A model generated the notes under the pieces. That model was not told the origin of the DNA and did no database searches. It was given only the letters and a program-made list of their open reading frames with translations. The position numbers and the translations under genes are program-made. DNA of 64,000 bases from Nitrososphaerota archaeon (GTDB lineage Archaea; Thermoproteota; Nitrososphaeria_A; Caldarchaeales; Caldarchaeaceae). Where the stretch lies: positions 128,001-192,000 of the forward strand of contig JBEPYN010000002.1 in NCBI GenBank assembly GCA_041641305.1. The letters are read 5' to 3'. Position 1 is the first letter of the stretch; every line of letters begins with the position of its first letter. Shown here piece by piece: positions 10,091-20,131 of this stretch.

Positions 10091-10105
10091 GCATATCCAT
10101 AGTGC

Positions 10106-10798
10106 TTAGGGGGGTTTAAGGTTTTGCTCGATGTAGCAGAGCACGCGTGAGACAACTGTCCAAGCCTCGAGAGGGGTTTGATGTATTGCGAGGGCTTTGT
10201 CGGCGAGGGATTTTGTTTCGGATGTAAAGTCGCCGTGGGGAAAACAGCCAACCATAATCAGAGGCCTTGCATAGCCTGCCAAGGCCGCGGAAAATCTCAA
10301 GGCATTGACATGCTCTCCCCTCTCCGTCAGCAGAATTTTGGTGGACGGGTTAAGGGTCTCGGTCAAGGATTTGAGGGATTTTTTCTCACACCGCAGCAGC
10401 GTCTCACCTGTCTCAGACCTTATCTCCCCCTCTTCGAATAGCTTCTCCACTACGCCTTTAAACCGCTCATATACACGGGGCAGCCTCACACGTGGGTTCA
10501 CATATATGACGAGGCCGCTATTTGTCGAAACGTATGTCTCCAGCTTGTTGGCTTGGTTGAGCGGTGAGCCAAGCGCCTCGAGCAAACAAAAGTGGACAAT
10601 ATCTGGTCTGCCGCGTTTCTCGGCGTCGGGAAGCTTTTTCATGGCGAAATGATGATAAGACTTGTCAAGCAGTATCTGGCCCGGCTTTTTCCCACGCCGC
10701 CTAGCATCCTTAACAACAGCGGGATGCCCCTGTATCTCGGGTGGAACAGTCTCAAGCGCAGCCTCCACCAAAACTAGGAAAACCTTCTCCAACAACAA
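10106..10798 (-). CDS. nep1: 16S rRNA pseudouridine N1-methyltransferase Nep1/Emg1 (SPOUT)
   Basis: EAALETVP, LLDKSYH, RGRPDIVHFCLL, SPLN, RLPRVYERF, GCFPHGDF. Confidence 0.93.
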   Translation of the reverse strand: MLLEKVFLVLVEAALETVPPEIQGHPAVVKDARRRGKKPGQILLDKSYHHFAMKKLPDAEKRGRPDIVHFCLLEALGSPLNQANKLETYVSTNSGLVIYVNPRVRLPRVYERFKGVVEKLFEEGEIRSETGETLLRCEKKSLKSLTETLNPSTKILLTERGEHVNALRFSAALAGYARPLIMVGCFPHGDFTSETKSLADKALAIHQTPLEAWTVVSRVLCYIEQNLKPP

Positions 10799-10860
10799 GC
10801 AACCGGAAAACCCTATAGGCCACAGACCACTTAAACCTGTCCATAGAGTACCATGTAGAT

Positions 10861-11264
10861 GTGCAAGCTAGGCTGATGCCAAACATCACAAGAACCGCGA
10901 AGGGAAATACGGTTTGAACACTTCGCTTATCCTAAATCCCTGCAACAGCAAATACGTGTTACAAACACCATCATCAACACTGCCAGAGAAAAAAATTAGC
11001 CTCGGCGTTACCGGGTTTGAAGCTGGTTTCGGAGAGGGCTAAGGATGGGACCATGCGTCTCATGGGTCAGCCCAACTGGCTAGAAGAGATACTTGTGAAA
11101 GGCTTGGAGAGAAACATCGTCTGGCCGGCATAATGGTCGCGGAAAACGTGGTAATGGTCTACGCCCCAAGAAATGAGGACGAGATAGACACTGTCTACAA
11201 CATCGTTCTACTAGTGGGCAAAGAATACCAGACCCTAGTAGCGTTTAATAGCCAGCCGAGGTAG
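10861..11264 (+). pseudogene. Degraded gene remnant resembling the PF17648 'Luciferase'/DUF5519-like family
   Basis: Frame 11041.. reads KDGTMRLMGQPNWLEEILVKG; after a 1-nt shift at ~11104-11105 it continues GEKHRLAGIMVAENVVMVYAPRNEDEIDTVYNIV to TAG 11262-11264. In-frame stops upstream. Family recognised from memory. Confidence 0.5.
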
Positions 11265-11307
11265 TTGATGGACTTTTTTATCGAGGGTTGTCGGTGTTTG
11301 AGACGTC

Positions 11308-14300
11308 TTGAGAACGATGTACAGGGGGCTTTGCCCGAACTGTGGCGGCGACGCAAACGATGAGGAGTTGTTAACTAACGGTGTTTGCGGCCGCTGTGTC
11401 GGCTTCAGGGCCTCGAGCAAAGCAGAGGTTTACCGGTCTCTTCTCGAGACAGGTAGGCTGAGAAATGTGAAAGATGTGTTTGAGCTGGCCATGGAGATGG
11501 AGGAGTTCAGTAACCTTTTCCGGAGACTGGTCGGCTCTGAGCCGTGGTCTCTGCAGGAGACTTGGATGAGGAGGATGCTTCTGGGTAGAAGCTTCTCAAT
11601 CATCGCTCCCACGGGAATCGGGAAAACCACCTTCGGCATAGTCGCCGCGATACATCTACATCAGAAAAAAGGTTTGAAAAGTTACCTCATCTTTCCCAGC
11701 AGCCTACTGGTCCAACATGTTTATGAAAGGTTCGGCGAATATCTTTCAAAACTCGGCGAGGGCCCCCGTGTCACAGCATACTACACCGGAGTCCCAAAAC
11801 CTAAGACGCTTCTTGACGATATCATGTTTGGAGAGTTCGATGTCCTGATAACCACAGACCGGTTCCTCTACAGCCGCTTCGACACGTTAAGGGGGAAGGA
11901 GTTTGACCTGGTTTTCGTAGACGATGTCGACTCCTTTCTCAAGAGCCCGCGAAACATCGACAAGGTTGTGGAGCTGCTGGGCTATAGCCCTGAAGTCGTC
12001 GAAACAGTTCTTAAGAAAATACGTGCCAAGTCTCTTGACGAGAATCCTGAGAACTACAGACGCTCCGTGGGAAAGAAGATTTTAATCGTCTCCGGAGCTA
12101 CCTCGAGGGCGAAGAGAACTCTTAGAGTCAAGATCTTTAGACAGCTTTTTGGCTTCGAGCCGGGCCACACCTTCGAGCTTGTCCGAAACATCGGCACATA
12201 TTATCTGAGGCTTGAGAAACCGGCTGCGATGGTTGCAGCGGAGTTGTTGGAAAAGTTTGGTGGAGGTGCTCTTGTTTTTGTTCCACAGACCCAAGGCGTC
12301 GAGGGCGCCGAGAACCTCGCCGAAGAGCTGAGACGACGCGGTATACCATGCATGGCTTATCAAAAATTCAGCCCAAGCATGCTTGAGAAGTTTGAAAAAG
12401 GAGAGTATGAGGCGCTTATCGGAGTCGCGAGTAGTAGAAACCCGCTGGCGAGGGGAATAGATCTACCCGAGAGAATCAGATATGTTGCCTTCGCCGGCGT
12501 ACCAAGGAGAGAGATAGTGATAGAGCGGGCGGAGTATAGGCCTCAGATGCTGCTTACCGTTTTGAAGCATGTTGCACCGCTTCTCGATGAGCCGGTGGCA
12601 GCCGAGGCTATGCGTCTGATGGGCAGCCTTTCACGGGTAATTCCTACATCGGCAGAGGTGGTTGAGAGAGTTAGGGAAGCCATAGCAACAGGCACCGATT
12701 TGACGGGGTTTGAGGGTCATGTGCAGCGACTCGTGAAACAAGCTAGGACGCTGCTCGACAAAATCATGACACCAGAGATGGTTGCGGCTGTCTCCGAGCG
12801 AGCCGACATCAGGCTCAGCATAACATCCACAGGATTCAGCCTTGTGACACCAGACGTCGACGGCTTCATACAGGCGTCGGGCAGATGCTCGAGACTCTAC
12901 GCGGGAGGAATAACACGCGGCGTAGCAATCATGCTTGTGGACGATGAGAAAAGTTTCTACAGCTTCAGCAAAAGGCTTGAAACAATCTATGACGAGACTA
13001 TGGAGCCGTTTGATATGGAGAAGGTTGCAGAGGACTTTAAGCGTGTGGACGAAGACAGGCGGAAAGTTGCGCTGGCCCGTATGGGGAGGCTGGAGACCGC
13101 CCGTCAAGACATGATGAGAAACGCTCTCGTCGTTGTCGAGTCTCCGACTAAGGCTAGAACAATCGCAACCTTCTTCGGCAGACCCGTCAGACGGAGGATA
13201 AATGGTTTAACAGCCTATGAATCAATCAGCGGAAACGCTCTCCTCACCGTTGTGGCCTCCGGGGGCCATGTCTTCGACCTCACCACATCAGGAGGATACC
13301 ATGGCGTCCTCATAACGGACTCGAAATACATCCCGGTCTACACGACTGTGAACCGTTGCATGGAATGTGGTCAACAGTTCGTCGACTCTGCAAGGTGTCC
13401 ATACTGCGGGTCGGAGAAGGTGTCCAGCAAGTTGACTGTGGTGGAGGCGGTTAGGCAGCTTGCTCTTGAAGCCAACGAGGTGCTCGTCGCCACAGACCCT
13501 GACGCCGAGGGTGAAAAAATAGGCTATGACATCTACTGTTTTGTGAAGCCGTATAACGAACGGGTCAAGCGTCTCGAATTCCATGAGATAACGAGAAAAG
13601 CACTTGCAGCAGCCCTTGCGTCTCCGAGAGATGTTAAGGAGAGCCTCGTCGAGGCCCAGCTGCTCCGCAGAATCGAGGATAGGTGGGTCGGGTTTGAGTT
13701 GAGCAAAAAGGTGCAGGAAATTTTTGGGAGGAAGAATTTATCGGCGGGAAGGGTTCAGACACCTGTTCTAGGATGGGTTGTCAACAGGACAGAGGAAGCG
13801 GCTAAGAAAATCCCTGCTCTAGCTATCACGCTCGCGGACGGTCTGGTGTTCGAGTTTCTTAACCCAGCTGAATTGGATAAGATGGAGGAGCTTTTCAACA
13901 GAGGCAGCCTCACATGCTCTGTCGAGGTCTCTTCAGAGCTGCGAGTTGTTGCCCCAGCGCCTCCATACACGACCGACTCGATGCTAAGAGATGCGTGGCA
14001 ATATCTCAGGATGGGTGCGGCTGAGGCGATGGCGGCGGCCCAAACACTCTTCGAATCAGGTTTGATAACCTATCACCGAACAGATTCAACAACCGTCTCA
14101 ACCACCGGCCTCGGCGTAGCCAAGGCATACATAGAGGACAAGTTTCCCACATTCTTCAAGCCAAGAACCTACAGCCGCGAAGGCGCCCACGAATGCATAA
14201 GGCCAACGAAACCCCTCGACGAGAAAACCCTCAGCTACTACATATCCTCAAACATTCTCAGAACCGTGGCGAAAATTGGCAAAAGAGAGTTGGCGCTCTA

Positions 14301-14844
14301 TGGCTTGATTTTCAGACGGTTCATGGCGAGCCAGATGCCCGAAGCCCGTGTATTATATCAACGGCTAACCGTCAAAATGTTGTCAAACGTGCTAGAGGTC
14401 GAGAGACCCGTTGAGATAGTGGAGGAAGGCTTCCTAAGGTTTAACCCGGTAGTCACCGTCCAGCCACGTGTGGAGCCGGGAACAAGGAAAGTTGTCGCCA
14501 TGCAGGTCAGAAAAGTGCCCGCGGCAAGGCTATTCACCGAAGGCGAGCTCATAGCCATGATGAAGAGCAGGGGAATAGGCAGACCCAGCACCTACGCAAA
14601 AATCATCCAAACACTCTACGAAAGAAACTACATCTTTCAAAACGCTGGAAGAATAATCTCCACAAAACTCGGCAAAGCGGTTTACCGCTATCTATCCAAC
14701 ACCTTCGGCGAATTCGTCTCAGAAGACTTGACGAGAAAACTCGAGAGAGTTATGGACGAGGTTGAAGAAGGCCAAAAAGACTACATAGAAGTTCTGAGAG
14801 AGCTATACGGCTCATTAAAGACGTTCACAGCCCTTACGAAATAA
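11308..14844 (+). CDS. rgy: Reverse gyrase
   Basis: N-terminal CPNC..CGRC Zn finger, APTGIGKT, DDVD, QASGRCSRL, VESPTKARTI, second Zn finger CMEC..CPYC, DPDAEGE Toprim, LSAGRVQTP, ITYHRTDS catalytic Tyr. Confidence 0.97.
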   Translation: MRTMYRGLCPNCGGDANDEELLTNGVCGRCVGFRASSKAEVYRSLLETGRLRNVKDVFELAMEMEEFSNLFRRLVGSEPWSLQETWMRRMLLGRSFSIIAPTGIGKTTFGIVAAIHLHQKKGLKSYLIFPSSLLVQHVYERFGEYLSKLGEGPRVTAYYTGVPKPKTLLDDIMFGEFDVLITTDRFLYSRFDTLRGKEFDLVFVDDVDSFLKSPRNIDKVVELLGYSPEVVETVLKKIRAKSLDENPENYRRSVGKKILIVSGATSRAKRTLRVKIFRQLFGFEPGHTFELVRNIGTYYLRLEKPAAMVAAELLEKFGGGALVFVPQTQGVEGAENLAEELRRRGIPCMAYQKFSPSMLEKFEKGEYEALIGVASSRNPLARGIDLPERIRYVAFAGVPRREIVIERAEYRPQMLLTVLKHVAPLLDEPVAAEAMRLMGSLSRVIPTSAEVVERVREAIATGTDLTGFEGHVQRLVKQARTLLDKIMTPEMVAAVSERADIRLSITSTGFSLVTPDVDGFIQASGRCSRLYAGGITRGVAIMLVDDEKSFYSFSKRLETIYDETMEPFDMEKVAEDFKRVDEDRRKVALARMGRLETARQDMMRNALVVVESPTKARTIATFFGRPVRRRINGLTAYESISGNALLTVVASGGHVFDLTTSGGYHGVLITDSKYIPVYTTVNRCMECGQQFVDSARCPYCGSEKVSSKLTVVEAVRQLALEANEVLVATDPDAEGEKIGYDIYCFVKPYNERVKRLEFHEITRKALAAALASPRDVKESLVEAQLLRRIEDRWVGFELSKKVQEIFGRKNLSAGRVQTPVLGWVVNRTEEAAKKIPALAITLADGLVFEFLNPAELDKMEELFNRGSLTCSVEVSSELRVVAPAPPYTTDSMLRDAWQYLRMGAAEAMAAAQTLFESGLITYHRTDSTTVSTTGLGVAKAYIEDKFPTFFKPRTYSREGAHECIRPTKPLDEKTLSYYISSNILRTVAKIGKRELALYGLIFRRFMASQMPEARVLYQRLTVKMLSNVLEVERPVEIVEEGFLRFNPVVTVQPRVEPGTRKVVAMQVRKVPAARLFTEGELIAMMKSRGIGRPSTYAKIIQTLYERNYIFQNAGRIISTKLGKAVYRYLSNTFGEFVSEDLTRKLERVMDEVEEGQKDYIEVLRELYGSLKTFTALTK

Positions 14845-14910
14845 TGGTGCATCAAAGCATAGACATCTTGATGGTAAAAAACAGAAATACTGCATCCGTT
14901 TTGTGGTTTC

Positions 14911-15738
14911 GTGGTCAATCTTCTGTATGTTGTGTTCATCTCTTTTATCGCTGGTTTAGTGGGCTCTGTGACGGGGTTGGGCGGCGCCAGCATAACCACC
15001 CCTCTTCTAACCCTGGTGGGTGTCCCTATAAAGTACGCCATCGCTGCGGGCATAGTCTCTATAATAGCCACGTCAAGCGGCTCGGCGGCATCGTATGTGC
15101 GGGGCGGATTATCAAACGTAAGAGCAGCCATGTTTCTAGAGATGTTCACCATCGTGGGCGGAATCATCGGCGCAATAATAACAGTCTACATCGTGCCACG
15201 GCTTCTCTACTTTTTCTTCGCAGCATTTCTACTCACGTCCTTCATAGGTCTTAGAAGGCATTTAGGTGAAGAAATTCCATCTAATGTGAAGCAGGACAAG
15301 GCTGCGAGGTGGCTGGGCCTCTCTGGCTCCTACTACGACAGACGTCTGGGTAAGGAGGTGACATACAAGCTCACGAAACCTCTTGAAGCAGGAGCAGGCA
15401 TGTTCATCGCAGGCTTGGCGGCAGGTATGCTGGGCATAGGCGCGGGCGCCTTCAAAGTAGCTGTCCACGAGCTCATCCTAAGAATGCCATCTAAAGTCTC
15501 ATCAGCCACAAGCACATTCATCATAGGCATGACCGCGCTAGCGGGGGCCAGCATATATTTCGGTTCAGGTCTTCTCTACCTAACCCTAGCAGCACCCATG
15601 GTTGTAGGCACAACAATCGGAGCTATGGTGGGCTCCCGCCTCCTCAACAGGATAAGCAACAGAGGCACTAGAATTTTTTTCCTAGTAGTGGTGCTATACC
15701 TCATAGTGCAGATGCTGTTAAAGGGGTTGCTTGAATGA
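14911..15738 (+). CDS. Sulfite exporter TauE/SafE family permease
   Basis: Duplicated GSVTGLGG / GMLGIGAG TauE motifs, ~8 TM helices. Confidence 0.88.
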   Translation: MVNLLYVVFISFIAGLVGSVTGLGGASITTPLLTLVGVPIKYAIAAGIVSIIATSSGSAASYVRGGLSNVRAAMFLEMFTIVGGIIGAIITVYIVPRLLYFFFAAFLLTSFIGLRRHLGEEIPSNVKQDKAARWLGLSGSYYDRRLGKEVTYKLTKPLEAGAGMFIAGLAAGMLGIGAGAFKVAVHELILRMPSKVSSATSTFIIGMTALAGASIYFGSGLLYLTLAAPMVVGTTIGAMVGSRLLNRISNRGTRIFFLVVVLYLIVQMLLKGLLE

Positions 15739-16091
15739 GTCAGAACGAGAAGCTTGAATATATCATAAGCGCAATTCTCATAACCGGGGTTGCCGCCAGC
15801 CTAGTAACGACAACCTGGGGATTAACACTATATTGTCTAACCGGCTGCAACGATGTTGATTTCAGCGATAGATATAGAGTAAGCTCGGAGAGCTTCTTTT
15901 TTTATGTGCTCCACCTACCAACAAGCGGCGCAGCAGGCCTAATGGCGGCAGGCCTGGTCATTCTCATGCTAACCCCCTATATCAGGGTCGTGGCTTCACT
16001 GGTATACTTCCTCGCCAAACGCGACTTCAAATACACATTCATAACAGCCTTCGTCCTCATAATCCTAACAATAAGTCTGATCTTTCGTTGA
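15735..16091 (+). CDS. DUF1634-family membrane protein (usual TauE partner)
   Basis: 3 TM helices, GLVILMLTPYIRV...RDFKY pattern; ATGA overlap with the tauE-like gene. Confidence 0.8.
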   Translation: MSQNEKLEYIISAILITGVAASLVTTTWGLTLYCLTGCNDVDFSDRYRVSSESFFFYVLHLPTSGAAGLMAAGLVILMLTPYIRVVASLVYFLAKRDFKYTFITAFVLIILTISLIFR

Positions 16092-16156
16092 ATCTGATAC
16101 TTTCGTGTTGTTATGCAGCATAGGCTGCCGCGGAATAGTTGTAGGTTTGATGTCTT

Positions 16157-17008
16157 CTATGTCCACTTCACTTTGATTTCTGCTTCGTCTGTCACGTCTT
16201 TTTGCAGCCGTCTGACCAGCACCAGTTTTAGAAGGTGTTTGACATTTTCGCCATCGGCTACTGTTGTGTCGCGTTTCACTATTTTGTATAGGAACAATTC
16301 TTCTAGGATGTTTGATGGTGTGCATCCGAGTGCGCGGAGGATTTTCTTTACGTGACGTTTCGGTGGAAGGCTTCTGGTTGCGGTGAAAAGAGGCTGGGGC
16401 GGGCCTACTACAGGCATCCACTCGAAATACTGTGTAGCACCCGACTGTGCCCGTGCAATCTCCTGACCTATCTTTTCGTATTCGTTGTCTATCCATCTCT
16501 CGAGTATAAGCTTGGCGACTGTGTTTTCGGGGCCCTGCACAGTCAGGCTGCCGGTGAGCCGGCCGTCCTCACTCTGTAGCGAGGCGTACGCCATGCTGGC
16601 TTGGTCCGATACGCTGAGCATGTTCTTCCCGAGGTTTATCGAGAATTTACCGCTCCATGGCGTGAAAAACATCATCCAAACATCTGTTCGATACGCTATA
16701 TCCAGTTTAGCCGCAGGAGCTGTGAGAACGCCGCTGGATGTTTTCACCAAACCTGTACAGGGGTTAGCGGGCATTTCGAAGGAGAGGCGGTCTCCGGAGA
16801 CCGCGACAGTGTCAACAGGGCCTAGAAACCTGTAGCTGGCATCCCACCCACTTCCGTATCTGCGTGTATATCGTTGTCTGAATGAAAAGCTTCCGTAGCC
16901 CAGCTCAACACCTCTAACCTGCTTAGCCCCAATCACCTCAACAACAACTCGTCCATTATGGAGACGGCATTCAAGACCTTTGAGGCCGGAGAAGTTGAGA
17001 ACCTGCAT
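16157..17008 (-). CDS. Hypothetical protein
   Basis: 283-aa ORF filling the gap with an AT-rich promoter-like upstream region; no motif recognised. Confidence 0.6.
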   Translation of the reverse strand: MQVLNFSGLKGLECRLHNGRVVVEVIGAKQVRGVELGYGSFSFRQRYTRRYGSGWDASYRFLGPVDTVAVSGDRLSFEMPANPCTGLVKTSSGVLTAPAAKLDIAYRTDVWMMFFTPWSGKFSINLGKNMLSVSDQASMAYASLQSEDGRLTGSLTVQGPENTVAKLILERWIDNEYEKIGQEIARAQSGATQYFEWMPVVGPPQPLFTATRSLPPKRHVKKILRALGCTPSNILEELFLYKIVKRDTTVADGENVKHLLKLVLVRRLQKDVTDEAEIKVKWT

Positions 17009-17046
17009 TTAAAAGATACCTCATAGGCATCGATAAAAATTTCACG

Positions 17047-17964
17047 TCACCTTAGACGCTCTTGAAACATCGCTAGAAAACGTGGGCCGTCGACATGTTC
17101 GCATACCTCGGCATTCGGTTCGCGTTTTATCCAGAACCTTCTCTCGACGATGGTTTGGCCGCGTGTCAGCTCCCCGTCACAGACTACGTACACGTGGTAC
17201 GGGTTGGTTTTGAAGAGAGAGGGGTTGATTGAGGCTGCGACTGCCATCGGGTCATGAAGCTGCACAAACCCAAACCTCTCCGCAAACCTCCACACAATTT
17301 TCGCAGCGGTCCTGGCTGTTTCAGAGCTTGATGAAGCCATTTTCTCCACATCTTTTTTGCTCAAGGTGGCCGCAGGGTTCGTCGTCACATCAAGCCCTAT
17401 GCAGAGGGGGTTTAGGCCGCTTTGGAAAACGATTTTTGCAGCCTCGGGGTCGACGTAGATGTTGAACTCGGAGACGGGTGTCTCGTTGCCGTAGCCGTAG
17501 GGTGTTAGCCCGTATGCGCCGCCCATGAGAATCAACTGCTTCAAATGTTTGGCTATGGCTGGCTCGATTAGGAGTGTATGTGCTATGTTGGTCAAGGGGC
17601 CTGTGGCTATGAGCGTGACATCCCGCTCAGAAGAAAGTGTTTCTATGAGGAACTTTACTGCGCCGTCGACGGGTTTTCGCGAGGCCATAGGTATGCCGGC
17701 GTCCCCGAGCCCATCTTCTCCATGCACCCACTCCGCCGTCACAAGGCTCTTCACCAGAGGCTCAGCCGCACCACGGAAAACAGGGATATCCCGCCTACCC
17801 AAAACCTCTAAAACACGCAACGCGTTGACAGAGCTTTTATCGACATGAACGTTTCCGCTCACAGTCGTTATGCCGAGAACCTCAAGCTCCGGGGAATTAA
17901 CAGCCAGCATGATAGCCAGAGCATCGTCGATGCCCGGGTCCATGTCGAGAATAACCTTAGCCAC
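17047..17964 (-). CDS. Inosine/uridine-preferring nucleoside hydrolase (Rih family)
   Basis: DMDPGIDDA, VHGEDGLG, TGPLTN, MGG, EFNIYVDPEAA, LHDP; start moved to GTG 17964. Confidence 0.93.
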   Translation of the reverse strand: MAKVILDMDPGIDDALAIMLAVNSPELEVLGITTVSGNVHVDKSSVNALRVLEVLGRRDIPVFRGAAEPLVKSLVTAEWVHGEDGLGDAGIPMASRKPVDGAVKFLIETLSSERDVTLIATGPLTNIAHTLLIEPAIAKHLKQLILMGGAYGLTPYGYGNETPVSEFNIYVDPEAAKIVFQSGLNPLCIGLDVTTNPAATLSKKDVEKMASSSSETARTAAKIVWRFAERFGFVQLHDPMAVAASINPSLFKTNPYHVYVVCDGELTRGQTIVERRFWIKREPNAEVCEHVDGPRFLAMFQERLR

Positions 17965-18026
17965 AGCATCTTTAGAGAAACAAATCAATTATAGATTTTT
18001 ATGGTCTTGACACAGGGGGTCGGTAA

Positions 18027-18989
18027 ATGGTGGATGTTGTCGTCGTGGGCAGCTTGCACATGGACCTTACGGTAAAGTTGGCACGGCTGCCGTCGAGAGG
18101 AGAGACCGTGATTGGCGGATTTTTCCAAGTGTCTCCAGGTGGTAAGGGTGCTAATCAGGCGGTGGCTGCTGCGAGGCTCGGCGCCAGCGTTGCTATCGTG
18201 GGACGTGTAGGCTCTGACCTTTTCGGCAACCTTATACTGGATAGGCTGAGGAAAGAAAATGTTTCGACAAACTTTGTTGTCAAAGATGAGGAGACGCATT
18301 CGGGTGTCGCCTTGATTATGGTTGACAAGAGGGGGAACAACATCATAGCCGTGGCCTCCGGAGCCGACTCGAGATGCTCACCAAGCGATGTGGATGCTGC
18401 GGAGAATATGATAGCGTCGTCGAAAGTGCTCCTAACACAGCTTGAGATACCCCTTGCAACGGTTGAGCGCGGTGTTGCGATAGCGCATAGACACGGCGTC
18501 CCCGTGATACTTAACGCAGCTCCTGCGCAGCGTCTCTCTCGCAAGTTCTTGGAGAATGTTGATGTGGTTGTCGCGAACAGGATTGAGGCCTCTGTTTTGA
18601 CGGGGATACGTGTAAATGATGTTTCTTCGGCGGTGCGTGCTGGGAAGAGGCTGTTGGCGATGGGTGTGAGATACGCTGTTGTCACGCTTGGAAGGAGAGG
18701 CGCTGTGACGGTTGACAAGAAAGAGACTGTTCACCTTAGAGGCGTGAAGGTGAAGGCTGTGGATGCGACAGGTGCGGGTGATGCGTTCTGCGGAGCCCTC
18801 GCATATGGCCTCGTCAGAGGAATAAGGATTCATGACGCGGCGGAGCTGGCCAACAACGCCGCCGCACTCGCCACAACAAAGGTCGGAGCACAGGAAGCCA
18901 TGCCAACCCTCGCAGAACTCCAAAAATTCATGACATCAAATGGCAGAGCCAAAAACCTTGAAACCCTCTTCAACAAAACCTACAGCTAA
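18027..18989 (+). CDS. rbsK: Ribokinase (PfkB family)
   Basis: GSLHMDL, PGGKGANQAVAAARLG, QLEIP, DATGAGDAF. Confidence 0.92.
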   Translation: MVDVVVVGSLHMDLTVKLARLPSRGETVIGGFFQVSPGGKGANQAVAAARLGASVAIVGRVGSDLFGNLILDRLRKENVSTNFVVKDEETHSGVALIMVDKRGNNIIAVASGADSRCSPSDVDAAENMIASSKVLLTQLEIPLATVERGVAIAHRHGVPVILNAAPAQRLSRKFLENVDVVVANRIEASVLTGIRVNDVSSAVRAGKRLLAMGVRYAVVTLGRRGAVTVDKKETVHLRGVKVKAVDATGAGDAFCGALAYGLVRGIRIHDAAELANNAAALATTKVGAQEAMPTLAELQKFMTSNGRAKNLETLFNKTYS

Positions 18990-19003
18990 CAAAGTTGTTT
19001 ACC

Positions 19004-20005
19004 CTAAGAAACGAGACCTGCCCAGCTGATAACGGCCACCAACATCACCAATATGATGGTAACGGTCAAAAGGGTCATGATGATGTATTTTCGGGCTTTT
19101 TTCTGCTCATAATATTTTCTGGGTCTTACACCTCTGGCGATCAGTGTGATGATGCCGCCGATGTTTAGTCCGAGGATGTTCATCAGAGTCAGGGAAAACG
19201 CGCCTACCATGGTGTCGGCCCTACCCAACGCTATTCCGATTCCTGTTACCGAGGCAGGTGGTATTAGGGCCGCGGCGATGGCGACGCCTACAAGCAGCTC
19301 AGGTATGTTGGTTGTCAATGCGAGGCCCGCGCCAACGCCGAGCAATAGAGCCAGAGCTATGTCCGGTATGGTCATCCTTGTTCTCCGCATAATCTCCTCA
19401 TTTAGGGGAATTCCGAAAGTTTGATTCAGGAAAAATGCGCCAAGCGTGGAGGTTAGGATGGCTAAACCAAGCATCAAAAGAACAGTGAACTCGCCTCTGA
19501 GCACACGCATCGATTTTCCGAGGCATGTGTTGACGTTTACGGCGTTTATTGGTCCGAGAAGCGGTGAGAGAAGCATAGCGCCTATTATGATGACAGGGTT
19601 GTTGAGATAGAGACCTATCAGAGCCACCGCCGATGCCAGAGCAACCATGATAGACATTTCACGCGAAGGCTTCAGAAAACGGTCAACCCTCTCAACAATA
19701 GCCTCGAGAGGATTGAATGTATTTCCCGAGCCGGAGCTCTGCTTCAACCGCTCCATGTAGGGCGAAACTGTTGCAACCAAGTCGGAAACATATATGATGC
19801 TCTCCTTCCTCCTAAGGTCCATTTTCTGCGAAACCTGCTCAATTATCTTTCCAACCATCTCCTCCGACACAACTATGCTATATTGGAAACATTTCTGGCC
19901 CCCGCATGTTACCGTAGATTTAGAGTATGGCAGAGCGAGAGCCTCCATCGCCTCGTCGACACCTTTAACATTGTCTTCAACCACGCGGATTGTGACGCAC
20001 TTCAA
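19004..20005 (-). CDS. TIGR00341/DUF389 family membrane protein
   Basis: IIGAMLLSPLLGPI, LVGVAIAAALIPPA motifs. Confidence 0.88.
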   Translation of the reverse strand: MKCVTIRVVEDNVKGVDEAMEALALPYSKSTVTCGGQKCFQYSIVVSEEMVGKIIEQVSQKMDLRRKESIIYVSDLVATVSPYMERLKQSSGSGNTFNPLEAIVERVDRFLKPSREMSIMVALASAVALIGLYLNNPVIIIGAMLLSPLLGPINAVNVNTCLGKSMRVLRGEFTVLLMLGLAILTSTLGAFFLNQTFGIPLNEEIMRRTRMTIPDIALALLLGVGAGLALTTNIPELLVGVAIAAALIPPASVTGIGIALGRADTMVGAFSLTLMNILGLNIGGIITLIARGVRPRKYYEQKKARKYIIMTLLTVTIILVMLVAVISWAGLVS

Positions 20006-20131
20006 GTTATGTTGAGAAAGCTTGGCAGCCTAATATAACCTCTAACAAATATGGTATTGTTCGCCGCAAGTTCCCAAAACGGGATAATTGGCCGAGCCTT
20101 GCTACATGTTTTTATACAGGGTCTCTGGTTG

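Noticed and set aside
14850-14873. CATCAA-N12-TTGATG inverted repeat upstream of the tauE-like gene
   Set aside because: Only 6-bp arms, expected by chance; does not match the operator candidate at 61951.
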